A DNA stretch of 57,516 nt, taken from positions 1 through 57,516 of IMG/VR virus record IMGVR_UViG_3300025061_000001, one strand, 5' to 3'. A program made the translations under genes and the position numbers. The stretch comes from a virus. Its lineage: Duplodnaviria > Caudoviricetes. A model generated the notes under the pieces. The model was given only the letters and a program-made list of their open reading frames with translations, was not told the DNA's origin and ran no database searches. This document shows positions 38,525-48,067 of this stretch, piece after piece; position 1 is the first letter of the stretch; every line of letters begins with the position of its first letter.

Positions 38525-39325
38525 TTAGGCTGTACCGTAAGCAGCGTAAACCGTATTATCCCCACTAACCCATTCCCCGCTACCGTTCCCTTCTTGGTAA
38601 ACAGAGGATTTTGCAAATTGTACGTTTTTTATTTCGGCGTTGTTACCGTTACCACTCCGATCAATAACAATATTATTTTCGGCGGAGTAAATATCATTAA
38701 GTTGCAAATCTATTTTCGCAACACCATCAACCTCAATGTACAAAGATTCAAAAATTCCGTTTAAGTGCGGAACACCTGTTTCACCATTGTACTGACGACC
38801 AGCGCTGTTTATTAACGGCGATGAATTCCCAACAGCTACCTCGTGCAACAAAGACCCGTTACAAGTCTGAACTATACGTGACCCGTCGGAAACTGCAACA
38901 TATTCCCTGATCGTGTTCCCGCCGATAAAACCACTATTGTCCCCATCAATATTTGAACTCACATCAGAAAGTCCAAACATACGTCCGTCAGCTAGCAAAC
39001 CCCAACGACTGTGGCTAGTGTTGGTAAATTTATCAGCTATTAAATAAGAACCAGCTAAAGGGACTTGAGCTCTAACTTTCACCACCCACGGTTTTCCCTT
39101 AGTAAGAGAAATATTGCCAAACTCAAGGTGAGCAGGCCCTTCGGAACTGAACTCAGTAAATGTTCTTGTCGCAGGTGAGGGAACATGCTCTAATCCTGGA
39201 AAATCACCACTAAGGTTCTCCAAAATTCTTTCCCTGTTTAAACGTTGCGCTTTGTTATACAAAAAGGCACGCATATTAGCAGGCCAGCCTTTTGGGTATA
39301 AAGCCTTTCTTTTTATACGTGCCAT
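38525..39325 (-). CDS. Putative head decoration/fibre protein with LamG-like beta-sandwich
   Basis: Beta-rich, DRSGNGNNA motif; lies in the head module. Confidence 0.55.
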   Translation of the reverse strand: MARIKRKALYPKGWPANMRAFLYNKAQRLNRERILENLSGDFPGLEHVPSPATRTFTEFSSEGPAHLEFGNISLTKGKPWVVKVRAQVPLAGSYLIADKFTNTSHSRWGLLADGRMFGLSDVSSNIDGDNSGFIGGNTIREYVAVSDGSRIVQTCNGSLLHEVAVGNSSPLINSAGRQYNGETGVPHLNGIFESLYIEVDGVAKIDLQLNDIYSAENNIVIDRSGNGNNAEIKNVQFAKSSVYQEGNGSGEWVSGDNTVYAAYGTA

Positions 39326-39336
39326 TTTACGTCACC

Positions 39337-39942
39337 TTATAGGATGTCGTTAAGACTTTGTTTCATTAAAGCAGCTTCTTCGGGTGTAGCACCTTCGGTC
39401 AGCTTTTTGAACGCTTGCAATGTACCAACTTCCTTGGCGCGTTGTGCTTGCTGTGAACGCTGGAAAGCTTTAATCGCCAAGTGTGGCGGTATTTTCTGTT
39501 GTTCACGGGCAGCAACACGACGGAAGCCGTCTGCTTTTTCCTGCGCAACTTTGAAGCGTTGCTGTGCATCAGCAAGCGCCTGGCGTGCTTCAGCAAGTTC
39601 GACTTCAGCTTGTGCAGCTTCGCTCAAATGCTGTTCAACGTCGTCCTTTACTTCGTCATTGACCACATGTGGTTCCGTTGAAGTTTGCGCTGCCTCTTCC
39701 GTTGCTTCACGCGTTTCTGCTTCTGACGTTTCGCTCGCGGTTTCATCTGCTTCGCCTTGTTCGCTTTCGATAACAGGGTTAAAACGGTTGAACGTTTTAG
39801 ACACTTTCGAAATATCAGCGCGGGTGACAGTTTCACCAGTAGTAGCTTTTAACACGTCCAAACGCGGTAAGCCGTCCTGTGTCCAATGTTCGTCGTTATC
39901 TTTGTCCAACGACGTAAGGGCATCAATAAGCTTTTGTGACAT
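39337..39942 (-). CDS. Hypothetical (possibly virion-associated) protein
   Basis: LDKDNDEHWTQDGLPRL N-terminus plus coiled coil; directly after the capsid gene. Confidence 0.65.
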   Translation of the reverse strand: MSQKLIDALTSLDKDNDEHWTQDGLPRLDVLKATTGETVTRADISKVSKTFNRFNPVIESEQGEADETASETSEAETREATEEAAQTSTEPHVVNDEVKDDVEQHLSEAAQAEVELAEARQALADAQQRFKVAQEKADGFRRVAAREQQKIPPHLAIKAFQRSQQAQRAKEVGTLQAFKKLTEGATPEEAALMKQSLNDIL

Positions 39943-39963
39943 GATAATGTCTCCTAAATACTT

Positions 39964-39988
39964 GTAAGGGAGCCGAAGCCCCCTTACC
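39964..39988 (-). terminator. cUUCGg stem-loop after the capsid gene (weak terminator or stability element)
   Basis: GTAAGGGGG-CTTCGG-CTCCCTTAC; no clear U tract. Confidence 0.5.
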
Positions 39989-39995
39989 AGTTTAA

Positions 39996-41105
39996 TTAAA
40001 ATTCACGAGTAATTAGACGCGCCATCTTAATTTGCTTACGCTCAGGATACACACGTAACCATGAGTCTTCGTTGGCAAGGTTGCCAGCGGTTGCAGCATT
40101 CGACGGGCCACCTTCATTAGGCGTGACAGCGAACTTGTAACCAGTAGGATGGATAGACCATTCAACACGGTTGTAAAGCACTTCTGAACCGCCACCGTTA
40201 CCCGAATCAGGGAAACGCTTCGTTTCAGTTGGTACTTTAGGCGAACCAGAGCCAAAGCGGAACGCACCACGACCGAATAACCAAGTGTGGAACACACCAG
40301 CGTTATCAGTAGTAACACCGTCATCAACAATTACTTGGCGACCTAGGAAAGTCGGAATGTTAACTTCACCGCGTGCATCAGGAATGAACTCGATAAGGTT
40401 GTTTTTCTGCGCTCTTGCGTATACAATAGAGTGCATCATAACCATGCCAAGGTCTTCCATGCTGTCGCCCATAGTAACAGCAGCATCAATGAATGCTGGC
40501 GCACTAAAGTCGGTAACGCCTTTACTGTACGCTGTACTTGAAATGTCGTTAGTCATGTCGCCTTGGTGCGCGTTCCCAACTTTATCGTTCGCTGCATAAA
40601 TACCATTAACGGTTGCAACAAAAGCAGCTTGCAAACGTCGAGTCCAGTAACCACCAACACGATTGGCAATAGAGTTCATCGGGTCAGCACCAGCAAGGTC
40701 AGACGCTAGGTCAGTTGAAGACCATGATTGGTTACGTGACAAGCGGGTTGCCACTTCTTTACCAGTCTTGGTTTTCTTCGGACGGCTGTTACTTGAACCG
40801 CCTGTGTAGCTATCGTCTTCGTCGTCACTTGAAATATTCTCTTCTTCATTCTGAAGATCTTGGAATGAAGGAATATTAAAAGTTAGACCGCCGCCAGCTA
40901 GCTTTTCGCTAAGCATTGGGTCAGCTACCATTGCACCAGACTGAATCAAGCGCGACTTTTCTTCCGTGATTTGTTGCACGTAACCAGTGAAAATTTCTGG
41001 CACAATTACGTCAGCGACTTGTGTAGTACCGTCGTCACCAGCAACCAGTGAACGAAGCGCTACTGAAAGAGCAGGCATAGCACCTGCGATTAATACCTTA
41101 GCCAT
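39996..41105 (-). CDS. Major capsid protein
   Basis: DVIVPEIF, LIQSG, DLAGADPM, IPTFLGRQVIVDD, HPTGY; AGGAGG RBS. Confidence 0.92.
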   Translation of the reverse strand: MAKVLIAGAMPALSVALRSLVAGDDGTTQVADVIVPEIFTGYVQQITEEKSRLIQSGAMVADPMLSEKLAGGGLTFNIPSFQDLQNEEENISSDDEDDSYTGGSSNSRPKKTKTGKEVATRLSRNQSWSSTDLASDLAGADPMNSIANRVGGYWTRRLQAAFVATVNGIYAANDKVGNAHQGDMTNDISSTAYSKGVTDFSAPAFIDAAVTMGDSMEDLGMVMMHSIVYARAQKNNLIEFIPDARGEVNIPTFLGRQVIVDDGVTTDNAGVFHTWLFGRGAFRFGSGSPKVPTETKRFPDSGNGGGSEVLYNRVEWSIHPTGYKFAVTPNEGGPSNAATAGNLANEDSWLRVYPERKQIKMARLITREF

Positions 41106-41269
41106 TGTGTCCTCCTAAGGGATTGGCGTTTAAAAAATGAATATGGTTCATAATTTGCAGCAGCGAATCCCATGACCGCGGCTAAAACAAAAAAAGCAAC
41201 TTCCACCATCACGGCTTCAGTTGCTTTAATATATAAAATGTGCTAAATGATTGGCAAATTTTATTTTAA

Positions 41270-42142
41270 TTAATTTGGTCGTGCGCCACCGATACGCGTA
41301 CCAGCCTGAGCCGCTAACTGTTCGGCTTTCTGGCGGTTTTCGCGAAGGATTTTACCTTGCTCGGTCATATTCCATGAGTCTTTAGCCCAAGGGTTATTAC
41401 CGCCAATCACTTTGCCGCTTTTACCCATATTAGGAAGGTTCGATTGTGGCCACAAATAAGGTTTGTTTTGTTGCAGCTCCACAAGCCAAACTTCAGGAGT
41501 AATGCCTGGCGTTACGCCTGGAATTCCAGCTTTAGCAACCACATCGCCATTTTCGTTCTTTTCGAAAATGCTACGTGCCATAAATTGAATGTCTTCGATA
41601 GCTTCTGGAATAGCTTTAGATTTGTTTGCAAACTTACCAACAACATCGTTGATATCCCGATGGATTTCACGTGTCTTATATTCTTGCAATGACGTACTAA
41701 GCTCTTCAATCTTACCTTCGTACTCGTTAAGCTTACGGTTAAGCGGAGCTGTTTCTTGTTGCAAGCGCCCAGCAATTTGTTCATCAAGGTTGTCCGCACC
41801 TTTTGCCGCAGCTTCAAGTGCCGGTAAACGGTCTAGGTCTGCAAGTACATCGTCAATACTACGATCGCCAAGCTTACCAAGCATTGATTTCACTTGTCGA
41901 TGATCGTTACGTTCTTTTTCAAGAGCACCTTGTAAGCGATTAATATCGTCTTGTGTCTTAAGACCCACGACACCCGTTAACATAGCTTTACCATCACGCT
42001 CACTATACAGAGAACGGAAACTTTCCGGTACAGAGTCAAGACTGTCATAACTGACGTTTAGCTGTACATCGTCATTACCAGCTACAACAGGAAGCGCTGC
42101 AAATATCGATGCTACGCGTAGTGATAAAAGTTGCTTTTTCAT
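41270..42142 (-). CDS. Capsid scaffolding protein
   Basis: Coiled coil; C-terminal NPWAKDSWNMTEQG; directly upstream of the capsid gene. Confidence 0.8.
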   Translation of the reverse strand: MKKQLLSLRVASIFAALPVVAGNDDVQLNVSYDSLDSVPESFRSLYSERDGKAMLTGVVGLKTQDDINRLQGALEKERNDHRQVKSMLGKLGDRSIDDVLADLDRLPALEAAAKGADNLDEQIAGRLQQETAPLNRKLNEYEGKIEELSTSLQEYKTREIHRDINDVVGKFANKSKAIPEAIEDIQFMARSIFEKNENGDVVAKAGIPGVTPGITPEVWLVELQQNKPYLWPQSNLPNMGKSGKVIGGNNPWAKDSWNMTEQGKILRENRQKAEQLAAQAGTRIGGARPN

Positions 42143-42179
42143 TTTTACTCCTATGAACCCATGTTCATGTTGATTGTAA

Positions 42180-44084
42180 TTAAGCTTTTTCTGAAAGCTT
42201 TTTAAGTTCTTCGATTGTTAGTTCGTACCCATCACGAGTCACGAACTTATCAAGCGAAAGTTTACCTTGACGGAAAATTTCTGCTTTACCTACGCCTAAG
42301 TATTCATTCTGAAACTCAACAGGCTGGTTTCGCAACCACGTATCGAAATTCTGAGTAGCGGGTACTTGCCCGACCAACTCACGCTTTCTTTTACGAGCCC
42401 ACGCATTGTACTTGGTTTTATACCCCCTAGGCAACTGGTCATATTCGGTGACTTTTCCAAGGTCGTTTTCGCTAGCGTACTCGTCTAGCAAACCTTTGTC
42501 AGTGCTACTATCAAAACCGCGCTTATTTAAGTTGTCAGGATTAATGTAAGGCACTAACAACGAACGACATCTAAAGTGTAAAGGTGGTTGTGGTGCTTCG
42601 CCCTGTTTAAATACCTTTCCGTCATTACCAGCGCATTCAAGCGTAGTACGCACGTCTAACGTGGCCACAAATAACACTTGATCAATTATATCGTCGTTTT
42701 CTGCGTACAAGTCAGCTTTGATTTGGTTGTTAATACCATTCGTCACAGTAAGGTATACTGACTCAGCGTCGCGGAACGCTTTACGAGCTTGACCATCCTT
42801 ATAATTAAGGTCTTTTGTACCCATTACAGCGCGTGCCACTTCTGTTGGCGTTTGCCCAGCTACAATCGCAGCTTTAGCAGCGCGTGTAATGCGCTGAGCG
42901 TCGATATTTTGGTTGTAGCTTAACCATTCGCTAAGGGTACGCCCTTCAAACGGCTGTGCGCGTACTATGCGCTTTATATGGTCGACGCTTAAAGGCTGCA
43001 ACCCTAACGCAACAGGAAAAGCACCCTCAATAATTGCCAAGGTTGCACCAGCCTCATAAGTACCCATAGCGATAAGTTCTTCAGGTACGTCCGCTTTAAT
43101 CTCATCCCATGCTTCAGCACGTAAAGCATAAATATCCTTTTCAAGACGTTTAAATTCCTTCTGAGCTTCTTTGCTTGTAGGACTAAGCCCTTCCATGCCG
43201 TCTGCAAAATACATAAGGTATTTTCGCAATTCAGCTTCTGTTTCCGTCAAGGCGTTTATTGTACCGTTACGCAACGAAGCAGCATATCGCATCAAATAGG
43301 TCTGGTGACGTACCAAACCATCGAGAACTTTTTCGTTTGCTGTCGTAGGCGCACCAATACCACGCGCGAACATTTCATAAGCACTTTTAGCAGACTTGGT
43401 GAAAGCAGTTTCGGAAACTGGGTCGTTTAAGTCCGTCTCCCCGTTCCACATAGCGCCCAAGAACAGTTCTTTGTACTTTCTAAAGTCGTCGCTCAAAAAG
43501 TAACCCCGAAGTTCTTTTTTCGACATTTTTGTAGCTAAAGCTTCAAATTCATCGTATAATGGTTTAATTTGAGCCTTTCTAGCTACACTTCGCGCTTCAG
43601 CTAAAAGATCGTCAAGCCCGTCACTAGGAAAGAAACCTTTTCTAAGCCATGCATAGCCACCTACGTCAATATTCGCGTTTAAGGTGACTTTTGATATACC
43701 TGTGCGGTTTTTAAGTTTTACGGTACTTTCTAGAACGTGCGCGGCAATACCTTTACCTTGAAGTTCGGGCTCAAGCTCAAAATAAGCATGATATATAAAA
43801 CCCATGTCTTTTTTAATTTGCCTACGTATGGTGACGCCCGGCCCTTCAATGTTTACAGCAGCGCCACGACTGTTAGCTTGTACAGTAACAGTCCATTCAA
43901 CGTCGTCTATATACCCTTGACGCATAGCTTCTTGAATTTCAACTGGCGCCTTTGCATCAACACCATATTGGTCAGCTAATACAGCAGATATTTTTTCTAT
44001 CATTGGTACGTAAACATCGTCAAGTACACCATCAAACCAATCAGGCAAAGCTGGTGTTCTCATATTCATGTTTATCTTAGGCAC
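42180..44084 (-). CDS. MuF/SPP1 gp7-like head protein with N-terminal GNAT domain
   Basis: ATLDVRTT...PPLHFRCRS MuF motifs; QGKGIA and GGYAWLRKGF GNAT motifs; GTG 44084 has AGGAG RBS. Confidence 0.85.
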   Translation of the reverse strand: MPKINMNMRTPALPDWFDGVLDDVYVPMIEKISAVLADQYGVDAKAPVEIQEAMRQGYIDDVEWTVTVQANSRGAAVNIEGPGVTIRRQIKKDMGFIYHAYFELEPELQGKGIAAHVLESTVKLKNRTGISKVTLNANIDVGGYAWLRKGFFPSDGLDDLLAEARSVARKAQIKPLYDEFEALATKMSKKELRGYFLSDDFRKYKELFLGAMWNGETDLNDPVSETAFTKSAKSAYEMFARGIGAPTTANEKVLDGLVRHQTYLMRYAASLRNGTINALTETEAELRKYLMYFADGMEGLSPTSKEAQKEFKRLEKDIYALRAEAWDEIKADVPEELIAMGTYEAGATLAIIEGAFPVALGLQPLSVDHIKRIVRAQPFEGRTLSEWLSYNQNIDAQRITRAAKAAIVAGQTPTEVARAVMGTKDLNYKDGQARKAFRDAESVYLTVTNGINNQIKADLYAENDDIIDQVLFVATLDVRTTLECAGNDGKVFKQGEAPQPPLHFRCRSLLVPYINPDNLNKRGFDSSTDKGLLDEYASENDLGKVTEYDQLPRGYKTKYNAWARKRKRELVGQVPATQNFDTWLRNQPVEFQNEYLGVGKAEIFRQGKLSLDKFVTRDGYELTIEELKKLSEKA

Positions 44085-44244
44085 GAACAATGCTCCTAGG
44101 CTTACCACCTTCAACGTAAACAGCCTCAAAGCTTCTTGCGCCCATAGCGCGAAGTTCTTTAATTCTGCTGTCTATTTTAGCGTCCAACTTAGCTGTCGCT
44201 TGACGGGCTTTATCACCCGTCACTGTTTTAATCGTTGTTGTCAT
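44077..44244 (-). CDS. 55-aa basic protein (not in ORF track)
   Basis: MTTTIKTVTGDKARQATAKLDAKIDSRIKELRAMGARSFEAVYVEGGKPRSIVRA; TAATG-coupled to portal, overlaps the MuF start. Confidence 0.6.
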   Translation of the reverse strand: MTTTIKTVTGDKARQATAKLDAKIDSRIKELRAMGARSFEAVYVEGGKPRSIVRA

Positions 44245-45704
44245 TATACTCTAGGCTCCTCACCTTGAATAAGCAGCATCTCTTCTTCATAGGTTTTATT
44301 AGTGAACCCTTGCTCAGCCATCCAAGCATGAATAGATTCTTCACTAATCGGTGCGCCCTGAACCTTAGCAGCAACAATTTGAGTAAGCGTTTGACCGTCA
44401 CCGCTAGTACCAGCAAACTCAAGGTTTGGTTTGACCACAACCTTATTCGGGTCTTCGCCGATCCATACAGCTAAGTCACGCAAGACCTTTTCTAAACCAG
44501 CCGCGCCAGTTTCAGCTATTTGCGGCAAAGTAGCGGTTTGAGCTGCTACTCGTACCTTTAAAGCTTCGCCGCTTTCATTACCACCAGAAGCCATAAGTTT
44601 AGCAGTTTTCTTTTCAGCTTTTTCATAATCACTTTTAAGTGCTTCGCGTTGCTCACTTAATCCGCTACCATCCACGCCGATATACTTAGCGTCACCATTA
44701 GCTGGCACATCAATAGCAGCGCCAGCACCAGTACGAATCTCGTTCCCATCCTCATCTGTATCACCAACAAAGCCAATTCGAACTAACGTGTCCTGACCTT
44801 GCATAAACAAGTTCTGTCTGTAATCTGCTTCACCACGATAGATAGCTAACGCTAAACGCGCCAGACCGTCCAAAGGCGGCTTGTCAGGTGTACAAGACAA
44901 GTCTTTAGAATTAATAAATGTAAAAGGTATTGTCTCACTCGTTTGACCCTTTTGCGAAATAGGTTCAAACACAGCAGTCGAAAGCTCGCTGTTCGTATCA
45001 TCCAGAATCGCATAACCATATACGCCAGGCTCAAGATTACCATCACCGTCAAAAGTTACAATACGACCTTCAGCGTTGATTTTAGCTAACACACGAACCT
45101 TATTCTTCCATTCCCACGAATAGGAATTTGTCATTACATAGTCGCTTTCATTGATCTCAATAAAACGAACGTCATGACTCTTATCTTCGTTTAAGGTGTC
45201 GTCCCAGTTAAATACAGAAAGCGCGTTATGCACAATAAGCTTAGGCAAAACCTGTCCGTTTCGCTCTTCTAAAGTACCGAGCAAACCTAAACGTCCTTCT
45301 GTTAATTGCATAGCATTAATACGACGTAAAAGCAATTGCAAATCTTCGCCGTCATTAGTGGCTACGTCCAGCAAACTTTCCATTCGCGGGGGCAGTTCAA
45401 TGACCGCTGGTTTTCGGTGCATAACACCAACAGCGCTTTCTACAGCTTCAGCGTAAATATCAGGATAATACGAACGAATAAGATAAGCTTGATATGATTT
45501 TTGTCCTAAGCTTTCAGATGACTTGCCAAACCCGTCATTTATCATACCCGACGTAGCTGGTAAATATGTTGTCGTTTTGTCCTTAATAGCAGCCTCGCCA
45601 TGAAAGCTATCTGCACCAAGTTCCCACATTTCGCTCATGGCTGTATAAAGTGGATGGGCGTTAGCCAAGAAAGTTTGATTCTTGTTTTGTGCTTCAATTG
45701 TCAT
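44244..45704 (-). CDS. Portal protein (DUF4055-like)
   Basis: YLPAT, IPFTFIN, PPLDGLA, ESGEAL; follows terL. Confidence 0.88.
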   Translation of the reverse strand: MTIEAQNKNQTFLANAHPLYTAMSEMWELGADSFHGEAAIKDKTTTYLPATSGMINDGFGKSSESLGQKSYQAYLIRSYYPDIYAEAVESAVGVMHRKPAVIELPPRMESLLDVATNDGEDLQLLLRRINAMQLTEGRLGLLGTLEERNGQVLPKLIVHNALSVFNWDDTLNEDKSHDVRFIEINESDYVMTNSYSWEWKNKVRVLAKINAEGRIVTFDGDGNLEPGVYGYAILDDTNSELSTAVFEPISQKGQTSETIPFTFINSKDLSCTPDKPPLDGLARLALAIYRGEADYRQNLFMQGQDTLVRIGFVGDTDEDGNEIRTGAGAAIDVPANGDAKYIGVDGSGLSEQREALKSDYEKAEKKTAKLMASGGNESGEALKVRVAAQTATLPQIAETGAAGLEKVLRDLAVWIGEDPNKVVVKPNLEFAGTSGDGQTLTQIVAAKVQGAPISEESIHAWMAEQGFTNKTYEEEMLLIQGEEPRV

Positions 45705-45705
45705 T

Positions 45706-47274
45706 TTAAAAGTGTCCCGTAGTAGACGCGGCTTTAAACCTGTTACCGCAACTCAATATCACATAACGACTTTCGTCAGCTATATGATCTTCTGCGTCTG
45801 TATCAACGTCGTCCATATCAACTGTATCACGCGGCAAGCTCGGAACAGTTCGTATGAATTGGTCGCAATTCCTAAACACAAACAAGCCAGGCTCCTCACG
45901 TGGATAGCCATGCTCATTTGGGTGAGCGTTAGCGATAGCTATACGCATCATTTCCCATCCGCCTTTACGCGAGCCAGGCGACTTGTCCGCTCTGCTAAAT
46001 ACTACACCCTTACGAACCTTCCCGTCAACCCTGCGTTTCTTACCCATATCACGAGCAATACAAACACCGTTAACGTCGTCCCATATACTTCCATCAGCTG
46101 GGCCAGGCTTGCAACGACCATACAAACCCCACTGTAATTCCCGCCTTGTAATGCCTTCCGCTACTTTACCAGCAAGCATTCGTAAACCTTCGTTAGGGAC
46201 ACCGTTCCAACCGTACCACTCAGCAATTCTAAATAGGTCGCCTGGAACAGTTGAACGCCACTGACCTTTGTGGTCAAGGTAATCACTTCCGTCGCTTTCT
46301 GCCCACCAACCAACGCTGAAAGGTTTACTCGAGCCCCAGTCAAATGATCTAAATATACGCCACTCGTCCGGTATACGGAAACCTTCAAGCACATTAGTTT
46401 CCGATGACCACACATCGTCAAACATACCGCCAGAGGTAATGTCCCAATTACCCTCAAGCCATGCTTTGCGTTTGTTAGGGTCTGTAATTGATTCAAGCTC
46501 TAGTACATATTCAGGCGACAGGAATCTATTCTCCTTGTACGAACTAAATATGCGAACTTGGGTTTTGGTGATGTTTTCGCGTTTTTGTGTACGCGGGTTG
46601 AATACGTTTTTGGTATTGCGTACAACCACACCAGCGGGGGCAGGGTCAATGAAGCGCTGCTTTACCCAGTTATGGCCCACACCATAAGGGTTTGTCGTAG
46701 AAAAAACTACCAAAGGGAGTTCAGGTAATAACCCGTCAATAATATTACCTTCATTATCAAACGTGAGCAGCTCACGCGGAGTATGCTCCCTTGGTAGAAA
46801 GCTTGAACGGTTGCAGGACATAATCATATCGTACAAGTTCGAATTTGGTTGTTTGGTTAATTCGTTCCACCCAATATAAGGGAACTCTTGACCATGGTAT
46901 TTCCAGTAATCGTCTTCGGTTTTCATTTGACGGAAAAGCAGCTCCTCACCTGTAGGCCAGACCCACTTATAATCGCCGCCACCTTTTAAAAACTTAGCAC
47001 CGTCGTCGAACTGCTTAAACCAACGTTGTGATTTTACAATAAGGTCGTCTAAGTTTTTGTATTCTCGGTCAAATATAACTCCGCGCCAAAATGCACCGTA
47101 CCCAATACCAACAAACCTTCTGAAAAACATAATCTGATTATCAGTCTTACCGCCACCACGCGTACCTTCCATTAATATGTGATTACACGGACAGCTGATC
47201 GCAAGTGTTTGCGAACCTTCTTGCGGCTCCCAAATAACTTCGACGTTGTCTTCCTTGGTTAAGGCTTTTTGCAT
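45706..47274 (-). CDS. terL: Terminase large subunit
   Basis: GTRGGGKT, IGWNELT, TTNP, SFDWG, EDHIADESRY. Confidence 0.93.
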   Translation of the reverse strand: MQKALTKEDNVEVIWEPQEGSQTLAISCPCNHILMEGTRGGGKTDNQIMFFRRFVGIGYGAFWRGVIFDREYKNLDDLIVKSQRWFKQFDDGAKFLKGGGDYKWVWPTGEELLFRQMKTEDDYWKYHGQEFPYIGWNELTKQPNSNLYDMIMSCNRSSFLPREHTPRELLTFDNEGNIIDGLLPELPLVVFSTTNPYGVGHNWVKQRFIDPAPAGVVVRNTKNVFNPRTQKRENITKTQVRIFSSYKENRFLSPEYVLELESITDPNKRKAWLEGNWDITSGGMFDDVWSSETNVLEGFRIPDEWRIFRSFDWGSSKPFSVGWWAESDGSDYLDHKGQWRSTVPGDLFRIAEWYGWNGVPNEGLRMLAGKVAEGITRRELQWGLYGRCKPGPADGSIWDDVNGVCIARDMGKKRRVDGKVRKGVVFSRADKSPGSRKGGWEMMRIAIANAHPNEHGYPREEPGLFVFRNCDQFIRTVPSLPRDTVDMDDVDTDAEDHIADESRYVILSCGNRFKAASTTGHF

Positions 47275-47585
47275 GAGTTGTTATTACCTACACCCAATTT
47301 ATTCTTAGCAATTCGTGTAAAAACGAGCATACTTGTTTCAGCGCCTATCCAGCCAAAAACACCAACAATAACACCACTCCAATAAACATCAATGTCCATT
47401 GCTTTACACGCAAGCATAGCAATTAGCCCCACAAACGCTGAAGACATAGCTTCAATGATTGCTCTTGTAACTTTTGGTTGTTCGTTTCTACTTATTGATT
47501 TAAGCAAATAGGATAACATGCCACCCGCCCCCGCGAAAATCGCGAAAAGTATAGTTTCAATTATTGTTATCTTGTTGTGCGGCAT
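47259..47585 (-). CDS. Holin (3 TM)
   Basis: Three hydrophobic segments and basic C-terminus; near endolysin. Confidence 0.7.
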   Translation of the reverse strand: MPHNKITIIETILFAIFAGAGGMLSYLLKSISRNEQPKVTRAIIEAMSSAFVGLIAMLACKAMDIDVYWSGVIVGVFGWIGAETSMLVFTRIAKNKLGVGNNNSCKKP

Positions 47586-47608
47586 TACTGGTGTCCTCAG
47601 TTATAATT

Positions 47609-48067
47609 TTAATCGGTTTGGTTGTCTTTCCTGAAGTAGCGTGCTACACCGCCACCACAATACAAAGTAAAAACGCAAATAACAGGCCAGAAGACGTAAT
47701 CACTAAAAGCAAATTCTAAAAAGTCAGTACGCGCATCAATTGACGTAATAACTTCAACCCCGTCTACCACTGTTACTTTCTTTGTGATTGCATGTATCCA
47801 AATTGCAGCACATACGTTAAGCCCCACAAAAAGCCATAAAAAGAGCGTCGCGGCTGCAATAACCCTTTGAACAATCTTAAATGGTTCAAGCAGCTTAAGG
47901 CGCTCTAAAGCGAATTTAATAACGGTTTGATTATCGGTAGCTTTTTCAGCTTCACTATAATACAAATCGTTTACAAAGCCACCAAACTTTACAGCAAGCC
48001 CTTTGTCTTTGTCCAGTATATTGTCCGTAGCTTTCTCACCCCACGTTAGCGGATTCCACCAACTCAT
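47609..48067 (-). CDS. Two-TM membrane protein of the lysis cassette
   Basis: Two hydrophobic helices; lies between endolysin and holin. Confidence 0.6.
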   Translation of the reverse strand: MSWWNPLTWGEKATDNILDKDKGLAVKFGGFVNDLYYSEAEKATDNQTVIKFALERLKLLEPFKIVQRVIAAATLFLWLFVGLNVCAAIWIHAITKKVTVVDGVEVITSIDARTDFLEFAFSDYVFWPVICVFTLYCGGGVARYFRKDNQTD

